Origin: Camelus dromedarius
Taxonomy: Eukaryota
Assembly: GCF_036321535.1 (NCBI RefSeq)
Contig: NC_087437.1
Coordinates: forward strand, 93,622,001 to 93,686,000
Direction of reading: 5' to 3'
DNA length: 64,000 nt
This document shows, in pieces, positions 52,176-64,000 of this stretch. The notes beneath the pieces were generated by a model. It saw only the letters and a list, made by a program, of their open reading frames with translations. It did no database searches and had not been told where the DNA came from. The first letter of the stretch is position 1; each line of letters starts with the position of its first letter. A program made the translations under genes and the position numbers.

Positions 52176-53466
52176 AAGCACATCTCATGACTTTCCATAT
52201 AAACATTACTTCTGAACTTCCTCCTATACCCATGGCATCCTTTGGGTCTTGTTTCTGGACAAGTTTACAACAAAAGGGAGTAGAACAGAAACTGCCAAGA
52301 CTTGTTTCTAGTATATCTGATCCTACTAACTCAGAAGGGAAAAATATGTCTGGAGATGATATATTTTGTAGAGACCATTTAGGGTTCTGGCTTTCAATTA
52401 CTTCCTCCATTCTAGTCCTAATTCTTTCCTTGTTAACCAAAAATTTAGGATTGATGCCCTGTTTGTGAATTTTTGCCCAGTCTGAACTATATAAATCCTT
52501 TTTTCATCTGAACAGGATGGATTTATTGTGTTACTTACAATGCCCATCAAGAACCATCCCACATCTTTTTTCATTTTAGATCATTAAAAGGCAAATATAG
52601 AGGAGCGTATAGAAATAAACAATTAGTGAAATATCAGCAGCTTTATGGAAACACTACAGTTTGAAAGGAAGAGCCCATCTTGAATAATAAGAGAAACTAC
52701 TTCTTTCTGTATGGATTTACAGTAATTTCACATTTATGTTAAAATAAAATTTAAGGTTGTGTTACATCCATGAACCTAGAGCTAAGAGGCAGTAATCTTC
52801 TATCAGGGAAATAATACAGAGAGATAAAGCCTTCATTGCTGAAATAAAACTATAGCAGTAGCTCTGATCATTAAACACTATAGAAACAAGTTTTAGTAAA
52901 GGAAGAGTCTAACTTGATACATTCCATCCAGACTAAGACAACGAGAAAGTGAATGAGACAATGAGAAATAACATCAGAGATGCTAGGAGAGCCAAAGATC
53001 CAAATTTTATGTAAGAAATTTCTAGATAAAACCTGAAAGTTCATTGGGCAAAACAGTGAATAAAAGCAAAATATAATACAAACTAACTTTATTAAGCAAA
53101 AGAAAGATGTGATTCTGGAATTCAAAAAGATAAGCCAGGTACCCCAAACCTATTTTTAAAGATAAAGGAAACCATTCTATAAGCATGTTAGCCAAAACGA
53201 GTTTGAGGTGCAATGGGGGCCGGCAGATAATTCTTCTAAATGGTGAAATCTTACTAAATCCAGCATATTACTACCTTAAAGATATGAACGTGATCCTGTA
53301 AAATTTGCCCATATGTTTCTTTTATTTGGTTGCATGAAAACTCAAGGCTAAATTTGTGATAAATCTTTAATAATTTCTTATGTATGAAAGTATACCCATT
53401 TATTTTCTGATTTCAGTTTGTGATTCTCTTCCCAGTGTAATATTCCAGTATCCCACTGTGTTTGTA

Positions 53467-53498
53467 TACACACACAAACACACACACACACACACACA
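53467..53498. repeat. Imperfect (CA)n microsatellite
   Basis: Seen directly. Confidence 0.9.
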
Positions 53499-53499
53499 T

Positions 53500-54761
53500 A
53501 TGCACACATTTTCTTCATCCGTTTGTCTGTTGAAGGACATTTGAGTTGCTTCCAAACTTTGGCTATTGTAAATAGTGCTGCTATGAACATTGGGGTGTGT
53601 GTATCTTTTCACGTTAGTGTTTTCATTATTTTTTTTTCCTGAATATATACCAGTAGTGGAATTGCTGGGTCATAGAATAGTTCTACTTTCAGTTTTTTTA
53701 GAAAACTTCATACTGTTTTCCATAGTGGCTGCACCAGTTTACATTCCTACCAACAGGGTACTAGAGTTCCCTTTTCTCCTCATCCTCATCAGTAATTGTA
53801 TTTGTAGCATACTTGTGTTCCTAACTTTTTTAGTTTTTAATGTATCTATTGTAGGTTTAGATTTGTGGTTACCATAAGGTTCATAACAGTTGACCTATAA
53901 CTATATTTATTTGTTTTAAACTAGTAGTCATTTAAGTTTAAATACATTCTAAAATATCTGTATTTTTTTACTCTCCACCGCCACATTTTGTGTTTCTGAT
54001 GTCATGTTTTGCATTTTCATGTTTATCCCTTAAATTTATTTCAGTCAGAGTCGCTTTTACAATCATGCTTATTCAAGTGGTTCATCCTCAGTCCTTGCTA
54101 TATATTTGCTTCTCCTAGTGGGATTGTCCCTTTCCTGTCTCTTCTTACTTCTTTACCCTTTAGAGAAAACCCTTTAGCATTTGTTTTAGGATAGTTTAGT
54201 GTTGATGAACTGACTTAGCTTTTGCTTGTATGAGAAGTTCCTTATCACTTCTGTGGTTCTAAATGATAAACTTGTTGTGTGGAAGTATCCTAGGTTGCAG
54301 GATTTTCCCTTTCAGGATTTTGAGTGTATCATGTTACTCCATTCTAGCCTGCAAATTTTCTACAAAGAAATCAGCTGATAGCTGATTAGGCCTCCCACTG
54401 CCCACCTGTCAGTCCTAGTGGTCCTCCAGACAGTCAAGGGAGCTCATCTCCCCTGTGTAGGACTCCAGGCGTATGGCATCCATTCTGTGGCATTGCAGCT
54501 CACTTCCCAGGGCAGATGTTGTCCTGTATAATCTCCTTTTTCCTCTGAGTCCCGTTCTGGGGCACAGGTCTGAACCTGGATTGATTTTCTTTCCTTCCTA
54601 CAAATGACCGTGTATCTTTCTTGCAGCCTTGGTTGCGTTAGAATCCTTCTGCCAGTTTTCAGTTTCCAGTGGGAATTGTTCCACATGTAGATGTAACTTC
54701 GATGTGTTCATGGGATGAGGTGAGCTCCATGTCTTTTTACTAAGCTATCTTGATCAATCTC
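53500..54761 (-). mobile_element. L1 mosaic: 5' UTR terminus, ORF1 end/inter-ORF, ORF2 C-terminus
   Basis: On the minus strand: gatcaagatagc..gtaaaaagacatggagctcacctc (L1 5' end) at ~54755, ORF1-like LSADFFVENLQA at ~54380-54345, and MFIAALFTIAKVWKQLKCPSTD at 53590. Confidence 0.8.
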
Positions 54762-57700
54762 AAATATATATTATTTTCAGTATTACTAGTTCCGTGCTGA
54801 TTAAAGCCTGCCATTCTAGATTGAATTTGAAGCAGAATTCTGATACAATATCTCTTTGAAAGTTGTCATTAAAACTTTAGACTTTATTATTTGCATTTGT
54901 ATTTTTTTACATTGTGTAATGAGAAGCTTTACAAGCGATAACATCTTACGCTCTTGTAATACAAGTTTGGGTCAAGCTCATTCATAGCCTCTGTGATAAA
55001 TATACATTAGCATTTAATGGTGATACATTTTATTAGATGGTGATTGATTAACAGTTGCATAGATGGTGTCATTTTAATTCTTTCAGAAGAAAATCTCACT
55101 TAGAAATGTATTGAAACGATAAGAACTTTTATATATTTTAAAATATTAAAATTAATTCATTTATGATAATTATTATTGGAAATGAAATTGTACTTACAAT
55201 TTCTATCTAAAAGAGAAGATTAATATGCAGAAAGGGATAAACTTTATTTAAACTTCTTTCATTTGATTATAATTCCTTACTCTGTGGGAGAGAAGACTCT
55301 AAACACTTTTAGAACTAATGCATTTTTTACCCTGAGTATGTGGGCCTCTAAGATATTTTGCGCTCATATTAAGAAGGCTATGAATGATATAACTACCATC
55401 AGGAGTTATATTTCAGGAATAGTGAGCTGGATAAAAACACATAGGATACTCTAGAATATTTTGTCTCCTATTTGCAGGCAGGTGACTATGTCTTTTGCCC
55501 ATTGTAAATGTCTTATCATGCTCAACTCAGTTCCAGAAAAATATATTTTTTCCCCAACACATAACAGTGCTCTATTTAAAAAATGAATAAAATGCATATA
55601 TTCATTTAATTCTTACAAGCCATTAACCTTTTGCAGTTTCTCTTTCTCTCAAGATAACATAAAAGTCTTGCAAATACCAACGAAGTGCAAGTCATAGGGG
55701 ACTTGTTGTTTCAATTAGCAGGCATTTATATGATTATTTGCACTACCTGAGGCTTATATAACCATTTCGAAAAAAGAAATGAATCCTTATTTAGCTTAAT
55801 ATGTACTCAATTTTTCTAAGAATCCTTGAAATGTATAATATTAACTCCTACTTGTATTGATACATTCATTGCCTTATAAGAATCTTCACACATTTATGAG
55901 TTTATGAACATACAGAACCTTCATATGTTTATGAGTTTATGAACACACTGATGCTATGATGAATCAATTGGTCTGATATGTATTATCTTAGCTCTGCATT
56001 TTTTATATTAAACTTAAGCCTGATATTGATTTGGTCACATTTTAGGCATCTTCCCTCTTTTAGACCTCTTATATTATATGCACGACTCACTTAAAACTGT
56101 TGTTTGAACAAGCCACACTTTCCTCCCTCGGAATTATTCTTCTTACAGAATTCCTGTTGTAGGAATATGCTCTGACACTTACTCACCAATGGAAAATTTA
56201 CTCATATTCAAAATCTTTCCCTCCCTTAAGTTTTTTCCTGATCCTCAGTTAGAATTTGTCTTTATAAATTATTTTTTCTTTTTTAATTCTCGGCACTGGC
56301 ACTATACTTTGCATAGCTTCTAAGCATTTAAAATATATTTCCTTGTGTCATTTTAACGTACTATACATATCAGATTCCCTCCCTGGACTATTAGTTATTT
56401 GAAGGTATGAACTAATGCCAGTTTTTGGTAATTGACAGAAATCCTCACAGCACTCTACATATACAGGAACATTATAAAGAGTTGCTAAAATACTTCCTAA
56501 CTTATTAATCACACTCAGTAACAGAGCCAATTCACATCATCCTTATTCAACAGACAGTGAATAAGTATTAAATAATTTTCTCACAATATATGCCAAGATG
56601 TTATTGTCAGAATTTAAGTGAAAGTTTCATTAACTAAAAATTCCAAATTTACTTTTCTTTTTATTAAGCAATAAAACATCTGTATAAATAAGTAGAAGGA
56701 GGAAAAATACACCTTCATAAACTGGCAGGCCAAGTATTTATTTTTTTACTAGAAAAGTGAAAAGAATTTGAAAAAGAGTGATGCTTCCTGAGTACCCAGT
56801 CTCAGCAGAGAAGACTTTAAGGGAAAAAGTATAATTGAGAGATGAGAAAGACTGTGGGACTCCCTGGACCATGTTCTCGTCATGTAGATGGAAACTGGCC
56901 TGAGAGACACTGAGTGTCCTTATAGACCACATTCCTCCCTTCCCGAAGTGGAGCTGGTTTACACTCGCTGCTGGGTCATTAAAACCAGGTGCTTCCACCT
57001 ACCATGTACCATAGTTAGCGAGCTTTACATGACCTTTTAAACCTCACAAATCCTAGTACATTGTATTTAGTAGGTCACCAATAAATATTTATTGGAAAAT
57101 GGATATAAACAGTGACAACGTCCAATAAGAAATTTGAGAGGTGATGCTATCACATCTATGATAAAAGATCCCTTTTTAAGTTTATGTTTAAAAAAATTTT
57201 CAAGGCAGGAAATAACCAAAATACGGATGAAATGTTTTACATTTAACTTTTACACAAACAATGAAAAGACAGAGCTAGGCCCAAAAGATAAGCTTATTAA
57301 ACCTTTTTCTTATCATTGAAAGAGATTTCACTCTTAGGTTGATTTGCCTGTTAAACAAGTAGACAAAGCTAATTTCTTTACTTTTTATGTATCAAGTTGT
57401 TGCTGAGTGACAATTTTTACCTCCCATCTTCTATCCAAAGCAAAAAGATTCATTTATAATTTATACAGTTATGCTCGTGTGAATGTAACAGAATAGCTGT
57501 TTTCATTAAATAATAATGCTTCAAATTGCTTCATATTTTTCTTCCAAAAAATTCAAACTGTTTAACTGACAATTACTGTATCATTATCCTCATTTTCCAG
57601 ATGACACTTTTGGTTTTTTTTTCCTTTTTAACATTACTTTACCTTGCAAATATTCTATAACACAAAAGTACTTCATAGAATATAAATTAACAGATGGAGA

Positions 57701-58955
57701 TGAAAGAACACAGAAGTTAAATTATTTGTCCCAAATCATATAAGTAATCACTGGAAAAGCTTGATAAATTCTCAGTTTGTTTCCTCTTGTGTTAGAAATG
57801 TTACTCTTGATTCATATCATTAATGCTGAAGTTATAGTTTGGCATTTTTTAACCACACTGTAAATGTTTTGTCTCTCTTTTTGAACTCTTACCAATGGAA
57901 TCATACAATTACCAGACAAGATGTCCCGTATGAAATAAGAAATAATCGTAGGTTATAAGAAATAAGGTAAAAATAGCAAAGGTTCAATCAGCATCTTAAA
58001 AGCTGGTTTGCATTGGTGTGGCAAAGTATGACTCAGATGTGAACGATGAGGTAATTAGGTACGACTCAAGAGGGTATGTGCTACTCAGACACCTTACTGA
58101 TCAATGAATTGTACTTGTAAAGCTATTACTTTTATATTGATCTCAAAGTCAACATAGAGAAATGTCTTTAACCTAGCTGTTTCATATTTCTCAAAGGAAA
58201 AAGTAAAGGTAGTTTAAAATATGGAGGCTGGGATCATTAGAATTAAGGAAGTTATTGTAAAACCAAAAATTTCAAGAAACTATTGAATTGTAATCAACAT
58301 CTCTATAAACCAATCCCTAAAATTATAGCAAGTAACTGTATTTACTCAGGATTTGAAAATTTTAGGTAGCAACTCTTAATGTTCCAAATTTTTTAAAGTT
58401 TCATCTTCATCTTTAGTTAAAATAGCCTGACATTTGGACAAAAAGAAAATCCAACTTATATTTGGTTCTCTATCAACCAGAATTGGCTGACAACATTGAT
58501 AAAAGTTACCTTGTATGTGTAGCACAGATAAATATAATTCTTCCCTGAAGACCGTATATTCCATTCCTTAAAGATATTCTCTTGAATCATCTCTATATCT
58601 GGTAAAATTTTATAAGCATAAGACTGAAATATGTTTAGTCAGTTTTTCTGAATTAACTCACATCAAATAAGATACAAGAAAGTGGTTGAATGGAGTAAAA
58701 AATTCTAAGTTATCTACTTTAAAATATTTTTTTCCTAATTGTAATTAAGTGCTGAACCCTACCACTCTGTCAATTCATTCTTTATTTAACTTCTAGGAAG
58801 TTGATCTTGTTTTTCAATGTTTTGTGATTTTAGATACTGTGTTTTGTTGGTTTCTTTTTTCTTTTACAAGTTACCTAACTTCTCTGAATCATTCTTATTC
58901 CATTTCCAAACTAAGGCTAATACTAACTTAGGGTTAATTCCTACTCTATTCACCT

Positions 58956-58957
<2 letters not shown>

Positions 58958-58994
<37 letters not shown>
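58958..58994. repeat. (TG)n microsatellite within a degenerate MIR
   Basis: Seen directly. The flank acaagttacctaacttctctgaatc is MIR-like. Confidence 0.95.
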
Positions 58995-58998
<4 letters not shown>

Positions 58999-59829
58999 TG
59001 GTATGAGATAATGGATATAAAAACTGTTTTAAACAATAGACTCAAATGAAAAGGTTAGCTATTACAAAAATTATTCATGCTGGAATTTGGGGGTTTATGG
59101 GTCCGAATTGAGAAAACAGTGATTGATATTTGTTATAAATTTAACCAATGAAGCTAATATTGATGTTGCATTTTACTTATAAAATAGAAAGAGTCTTTAG
59201 CTTTTACTCACCATTTTGTTACTGTTTTGTTGTTGTTGAACTATCGTGAAGAATCCCACAATGACTGAGAGGTTTTTGCAATGTCACAGAGAAAGTTACA
59301 TGAAAAACTGACTTTAGGAACTAGGTGCTTTGATTTCCAGTTTCTCCATTTTCAACAGCATGTTTGCCATTTCTAATACCATATTTTTGTAATACGTATC
59401 AATCAAATTATATTAAGAAAACCATAGCCTATTAAAGGTAATATCTGCATTTCATTTTTTTTGCAGTGAAGAATATGGATCAATCAATATGATTAATATT
59501 TGAATGAGGAATTCTTCAAAATATTGTCCAGATCATTATCAGATTAGAGCATAAATGATCTTTTCTTTTAGATCATTATAGTTTGGTTGGTTTTTAAATG
59601 CCACCTTCTACCCTAGCATAGTGTTGAGGTCTTGATATAACTTGAAAAACAATTATTTAATGAATATTCTAAAATATTAATTGGCGGTTAGGTAGGCAGT
59701 CACAGCACTGGAGAAGAAATTGGTGAATAGGGAGTTATGAAGGAGCTCTGGGGTCAAGAGCAGGTCAGGGGAGTTTAATAAAATATAATTTCTCACTTTG
59801 CTTTAACATATTTTTATTCTAATATTGCA

Positions 59830-60090
59830 ATTGCTATGATGTATATAGTTAGTTCTCTGTGCCACACTCTTCTAAGTTTTCTCACTTTCTCTCCCTCTCT
59901 ATAAATTTGAATCCTCACAGCAATTTCAAGATAGGTTAACTTATAATTTATATGTATTACATATAAGGAAATAACAGCACATTGAATTTAAGTAGCTTGC
60001 ACAAGATTGCATGATTAATATGCAACACAGTTGTATTTGAATTCAAGAAGTCCATCTCTAAAATTTGTGTTTTTAACCACTAGGATACAT
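59830..60090 (-). mobile_element. MIR SINE
   Basis: ttgaatcctcacagcaat...ataaggaaa...taagtagcttgcacaagat...atttgaattcaag...ttttaaccacta. Confidence 0.75.
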
Positions 60091-60106
60091 TTTACCTGTT
60101 CTATGT

Positions 60107-60400
60107 ATGTGGAACACAGAAACCTAAGATAGCCCCAAAGATTTCTACCATCTAATGTACATGCCTCCTGAAATTATCTCCCTTCATCAATATGATAAAA
60201 TACTACTCTCATGATTAGACTCCAGTTAGTTGACTCTGAGTCAATTAAAAGCTATATTATCTGGGTGTTACTAACATCATCAGGAGAACCCCTGAAAAAT
60301 ACTAGGTTCTTCCTAAAGATAGACAGTTTCTATAGTAGAGATATTCTCCATTCTTGGCCCTAAAAATGGAGGGGTCCAAGTGGCAAGGACTTGAGAAAAG
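60107..60400 (+). mobile_element. MLT1E-like LTR, 5' part
   Basis: ctaagatagccccaaagatttc...ctctcatgattag...gttgactctgagtcaattaaaag. Confidence 0.7.
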
Positions 60401-60425
60401 GTTCCACAGTAGGAGGGTAAGTGTT

Positions 60426-61810
60426 CAACCCAGAAGAGGCCCTCACCCAGCCATGCTGCCATCCTCATACTAGGACTTTCCACCTCCAGAAAGGCGAAGA
60501 AATAAATTTTCTGTTGTTAGTACATCACTCAGATATGTCTTGTCTTGTCTTTTTCTTTTTTCTTTCTTTCTTTCTTTTTTTTTTTTTTTTTTCGGTTATA
60601 GGAGCCCAAATGAACTAAGACAGAAAATTGGTACCAAAAAGTATGGGTGCCACTCTAACAAATATCTAAAAATGTAGAAGCAGCTTTGGAACTGAAAAAT
60701 GGATAGAAGCTGGGGAACGTTCGAGGTGCATGCTAGAAAAAGCCTACATTGCCGTGAATAGACTTTTGAAGCCTTTTCCGGTGAGGCCTGGAAAAAAAAC
60801 AGAGAGAGTTGTAAAGAAAACCCTAATCTTCTTAGAGAATACCTAAGTGGTTATGAACAGAATTTTGGTAGAAATATGAGTGGTAAGAACCATTTTGATG
60901 AGGCCTCAAACAGACAAGAGAAACATGTTATTGGACAATGGAAGAAAGACCGTCCTTGTTATAAAGTGGCAAAGAACTTGGCTGAACTGTTTGTGTCCTA
61001 GTGTTTTATCGAAGGTAGAACTTGTGAGCAATAAAACTGGGTATTTGGCTGAAGCTATTTCTAAGCAGTGGTAAGGTATGTGTGGCTTCTTTCCTATGCA
61101 GACACTCCCAGTGGGCATGGCTGACAGAACGTTGAGTTAAAGAAGATTATTATTGATATTTAAGATTTGATGTTGTTTACTCTGTTGGATTTAGACTTAC
61201 TTAGGACCTGTAACCCCTTTTTCCTACTTTTCCTATGCCTGTACCTTGTTGTATTTTTGAAGCATATAAAACATTCAGTTTCATACGTTCACAGCTGCAG
61301 AGTAATTTGCCTTAGAATAAATTGTACCTTGCTGTCGGGCTTATCTGATTTAGATGGTATTTAAATGAGATTTGGACTTACTGGAATGAATTAAGGCTAT
61401 CAGAGTTGTTGGGATGAAATTAACATGTTATTCATGTGGGAAGGATATGAATTTGGGGAGACCAGGAGGTGAAATACCATTGTCTGAAAGTATGTGTCTC
61501 TCCAAAATTTATTATTTTGTAATCCTAATGTCCAAAATAATGGTATTTGGAGATGGTCCCTTTGGAGGTGCTTAGGTCATGAAGGTGGAACCATCATGAA
61601 TGGCATTAGAACTCTTATAAAAGGCCCCCCAAAGCTCCCTTGTTCCTTTTATCATAAGAGGGTACAACAAAAAGTCTGAGACCTGGAAGAGGGCCCTCAC
61701 CTAACCACGCTGGCATCCGGATCTCAGTCTTCCAGACTCTGGAAATGTGAGAAACAAATGTCGGTCATCTATAAGCTACCTGGTCTATAGTATTTTGTTA
61801 TAGCAGTACA
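60426..61810 (+). mobile_element. MLT1A0-like MaLR provirus: partial 5' LTR (60426-60622), deleted internal region, 3' LTR (~61477-61810)
   Basis: LTR end aactaagaca followed by the int start gaaaattggtacc. Purine-rich tract before the 3' LTR. Both LTRs share gaagagg(g)ccctcacc..ccaYgctg. Confidence 0.9.
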
Positions 61811-61827
61811 ACAAAGATTTTATTTTA

Positions 61828-62021
61828 CAGTCATCCCTGAGTACCTGCTGGGGATGTTAGGACTGTGGGTGCTCAAGTCCCATGGTAGGGCCTCCATATC
61901 TGTGGTTCCACATCTGTGCGATCAACCAACCATGGATCATGTAGTACTATATGTATTTATTGAAAAAATCCACATAAAAGTGTACTGCACAGTTCAAACG
62001 TGTGTTGTTCAAGGTCAGCTG
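61828..62021. mobile_element. Tigger2/MER8-like TcMar non-autonomous element
   Basis: TA|cagtcatccctgagta at the left end and aaatccacataa...cagttcaaac..gtgttgttcaaggtcagctg at the right end. Confidence 0.8.
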
Positions 62022-62029
62022 TGTATATG

Positions 62030-62260
62030 CTTATATTGATATATTTATATGTATACACACATATTTATTATTGTATGTATTTATGACGAAAGGAAAAGAC
62101 ACATTGTAAGGAGTTGGCTCTTGAAATTATGGCGACTGAGAAATCCCATGATCTACCATCTATAAGCTGGAGACCTGAGAAAGCTGATAGTATAACTTCC
62201 AATTTGGGTGCAAAAGATCAATGCCCCGGCTTGAAAACAGTCAGGCAGAGAGTGAATGTT
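62030..62260 (-). mobile_element. MLT2 LTR 3' part, probable 3' LTR of the adjacent ERV-L
   Basis: taaggagttggctc...actgagaaatcccatgatctaccatctataagctggagacc...cagtcaggcagagag. Confidence 0.8.
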
Positions 62261-63940
62261 CCCTGTATTCCAGACATACTGTTCCCTGCCTCCACTGTGC
62301 AGAAACTGTCTAATTTTCCCTTGGTAGCCAAGATCAATCACCCCACCCAGTACGGTAACTCTTATTTGCCTGTTGTTTGAGCGACATGGAGATTCCAGAG
62401 TAGCCAGGGGGCAGCCTCAGCTTCCAGATAGTGGAATAATTGTTATGTCTACTAGTAGAAGCATTCCTTCCTTTGGAGCAAAGACTTCCAGGACAATAGA
62501 ACATAATGTCATGGGAACAAGAAACTATGTTTTGCCAGTAGATTACTAGGAGGTTAGAGTCAGTGGGGTCATTCCCATTTTCCCTTCTTGACCCATGAAT
62601 TCTGGCTACAGGAGAAATACCACCATATATTGGACGATGATTCAGAGCATATACACAGCCTTCTGGAGAATCTTGCCCCAGTCCTGCAAGCTCTTACCAC
62701 CTTGCTGGTGATGTAATTGGGTTATCAAAAGGCCGTTCTACTGTTGTATGAAGTTAACTGCTTTAGGATGAAGGGGACAAAGCTGTGAGGTGATCTTCTC
62801 AAATACAAGTAATACTGTGTGGAATACTAGGAGGATAGATAAGGCATTCTGTGAGCCCACAGATGATAGTTTTGACAGAAGCATTGCATACAGGAAAGAC
62901 AAATCTGCATCCAGACTAAGTGTCTCTTTTGAGTAAGAACAAAACACTGCTCCATCCATGATATAAACTGTCCAGTGTAATCAACCTGCCACCAGGTGTC
63001 TGGCTGATCACCCCAAGGAATAGTGCCATATTCTGGAAGTCAGTGTTGGTCTCTGCTGCTAGCATATTGGACACTCAACACTGGCTATAGGCAGGCCTGC
63101 CTTGGTGAGTGGAAGTCTGTATTTTTGAGCCCATCCATAACCTCCATCCCTGCCATCCTGGCCACTTTGTCCGTGAGCTCTTTAAGTGATGATGAGGGTA
63201 GTTGGGGAAAGAGCTAACTGGTATGCACAGAACAGGTCATATCCAAATGATTATTAGAGACCTGCTCTGCTCAAGTTACCCTTTGGTAGGTATTCACATG
63301 TAACACAGATATCGTTACATTTTTTGCTTATTCAGAGGGGTCTGTCCATAAACTTCTTCCACAAGTTGCCTTGTCAACAGTTTTCTACTTGCATTCTTCT
63401 AAGTCCCTGACTATCCAGCCAAACCATTATACACTTCCCATAAATTGGTATATAATTGGACATCTAGCGAGTTCTCCTTTCTAGCAAAGTGACTAACCGG
63501 GTGCATTGCTTGAAGTTCTGCCCATAAGGAGGATTTCCTTTCACCACTGTCCTTCAGGGATATCCAGAAATGGGCTGGGGTGCCGTAATTGTCCACTCTG
63601 GGGAGATGCCTACATATTATGCAGAAACATTTCTAAACCAGGCCTGAATCTTTTCTTTCTCTGTCAACTCATTGTAGGGAACTCCACATGAAGCCTTAGG
63701 TGCAGACTGAGGGAAAGTAGGCGATGTGGCGGAAATAGGGACCTTGGGCATTTGGACCACTCTTCTTGTAGCTTCTTTGTACCTTCAGGGTCTTCTTGGG
63801 CCTGCGTATACCACTGTCATGTGTATACCACTTCCATTTGATGATGGGAGTGCTGTATGCATGCACAACTTCATGGCTTATTGAGTCAGAAAACACCCAG
63901 TCCATGATGGACTGTTCAGATTGCAAGATAACTTGGTGAC
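62261..63940 (-). mobile_element. ERV-L pol fossil (connection, RNase H, integrase, dUTPase)
   Basis: IMDWVFSD...IIKWKWY, SLKDSGERKSSLWAELQA...VQLYTNLWEVYNGLAG, WKLRLPPG and IDLGYQGKIRQFLHSGGREQYVWNTG match ERV-L Pol. Many stops and frameshifts. Confidence 0.95.
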
Positions 63941-64000
63941 AAGGAAATCTGGAGAAAGGTGTGTGGGTAGACCTCTCTGAATTTAATTCATTTCAAAACT

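Noticed and set aside
62261..63940. ERV-L pol as a domesticated or functional gene
   Set aside because: Multiple stops and frameshifts; no ORF longer than ~80 aa.
1..64000. Prokaryotic-type systems (CRISPR, operons, defence islands) or an intact novel gene cluster
   Set aside because: The sequence is mammalian non-coding DNA dominated by known repeat classes; there is no supporting structure.

Overview
AT-rich, CpG-depleted mammalian genomic DNA, most likely a camelid (camel, llama or alpaca). This call rests on a Vic-1-type tRNA-Ala-derived SINE at ~49985 and artiodactyl/camelid-type L1 3' ends. I find no protein-coding gene: every recognisable ORF is a decayed retroelement (L1 ORF1/ORF2, ERV-L pol), so this looks like gene-desert or large-intron sequence. 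Much of the window is interspersed repeat: L1 fragments of several ages, two ERV-L pol fossils (~9.1-11.85 kb on +, ~62.3-63.9 kb on -), MaLR (MLT1) LTRs and internal sequence, MLT2 LTR pieces, an ERV1-type solo LTR, MIR, L2, MER5 and Tigger2-type elements, and microsatellites. The most notable signal is an ancient MLT1H/I-like LTR at ~13.8-14.3 kb carrying ~25 CpGs in ~500 bp. It also holds promoter motifs and a splice donor that could pair with a strong acceptor at 16297, making it a candidate exapted (possibly germline) promoter. A repeat-poor block at ~43.4-49.9 kb holds a HOX/CDX+SOX motif cluster and an RFX-like palindrome. Family assignments are from recalled consensus sequences read by eye, not from searches, and boundaries are approximate. 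I do not see evidence for a wholly new biological system.
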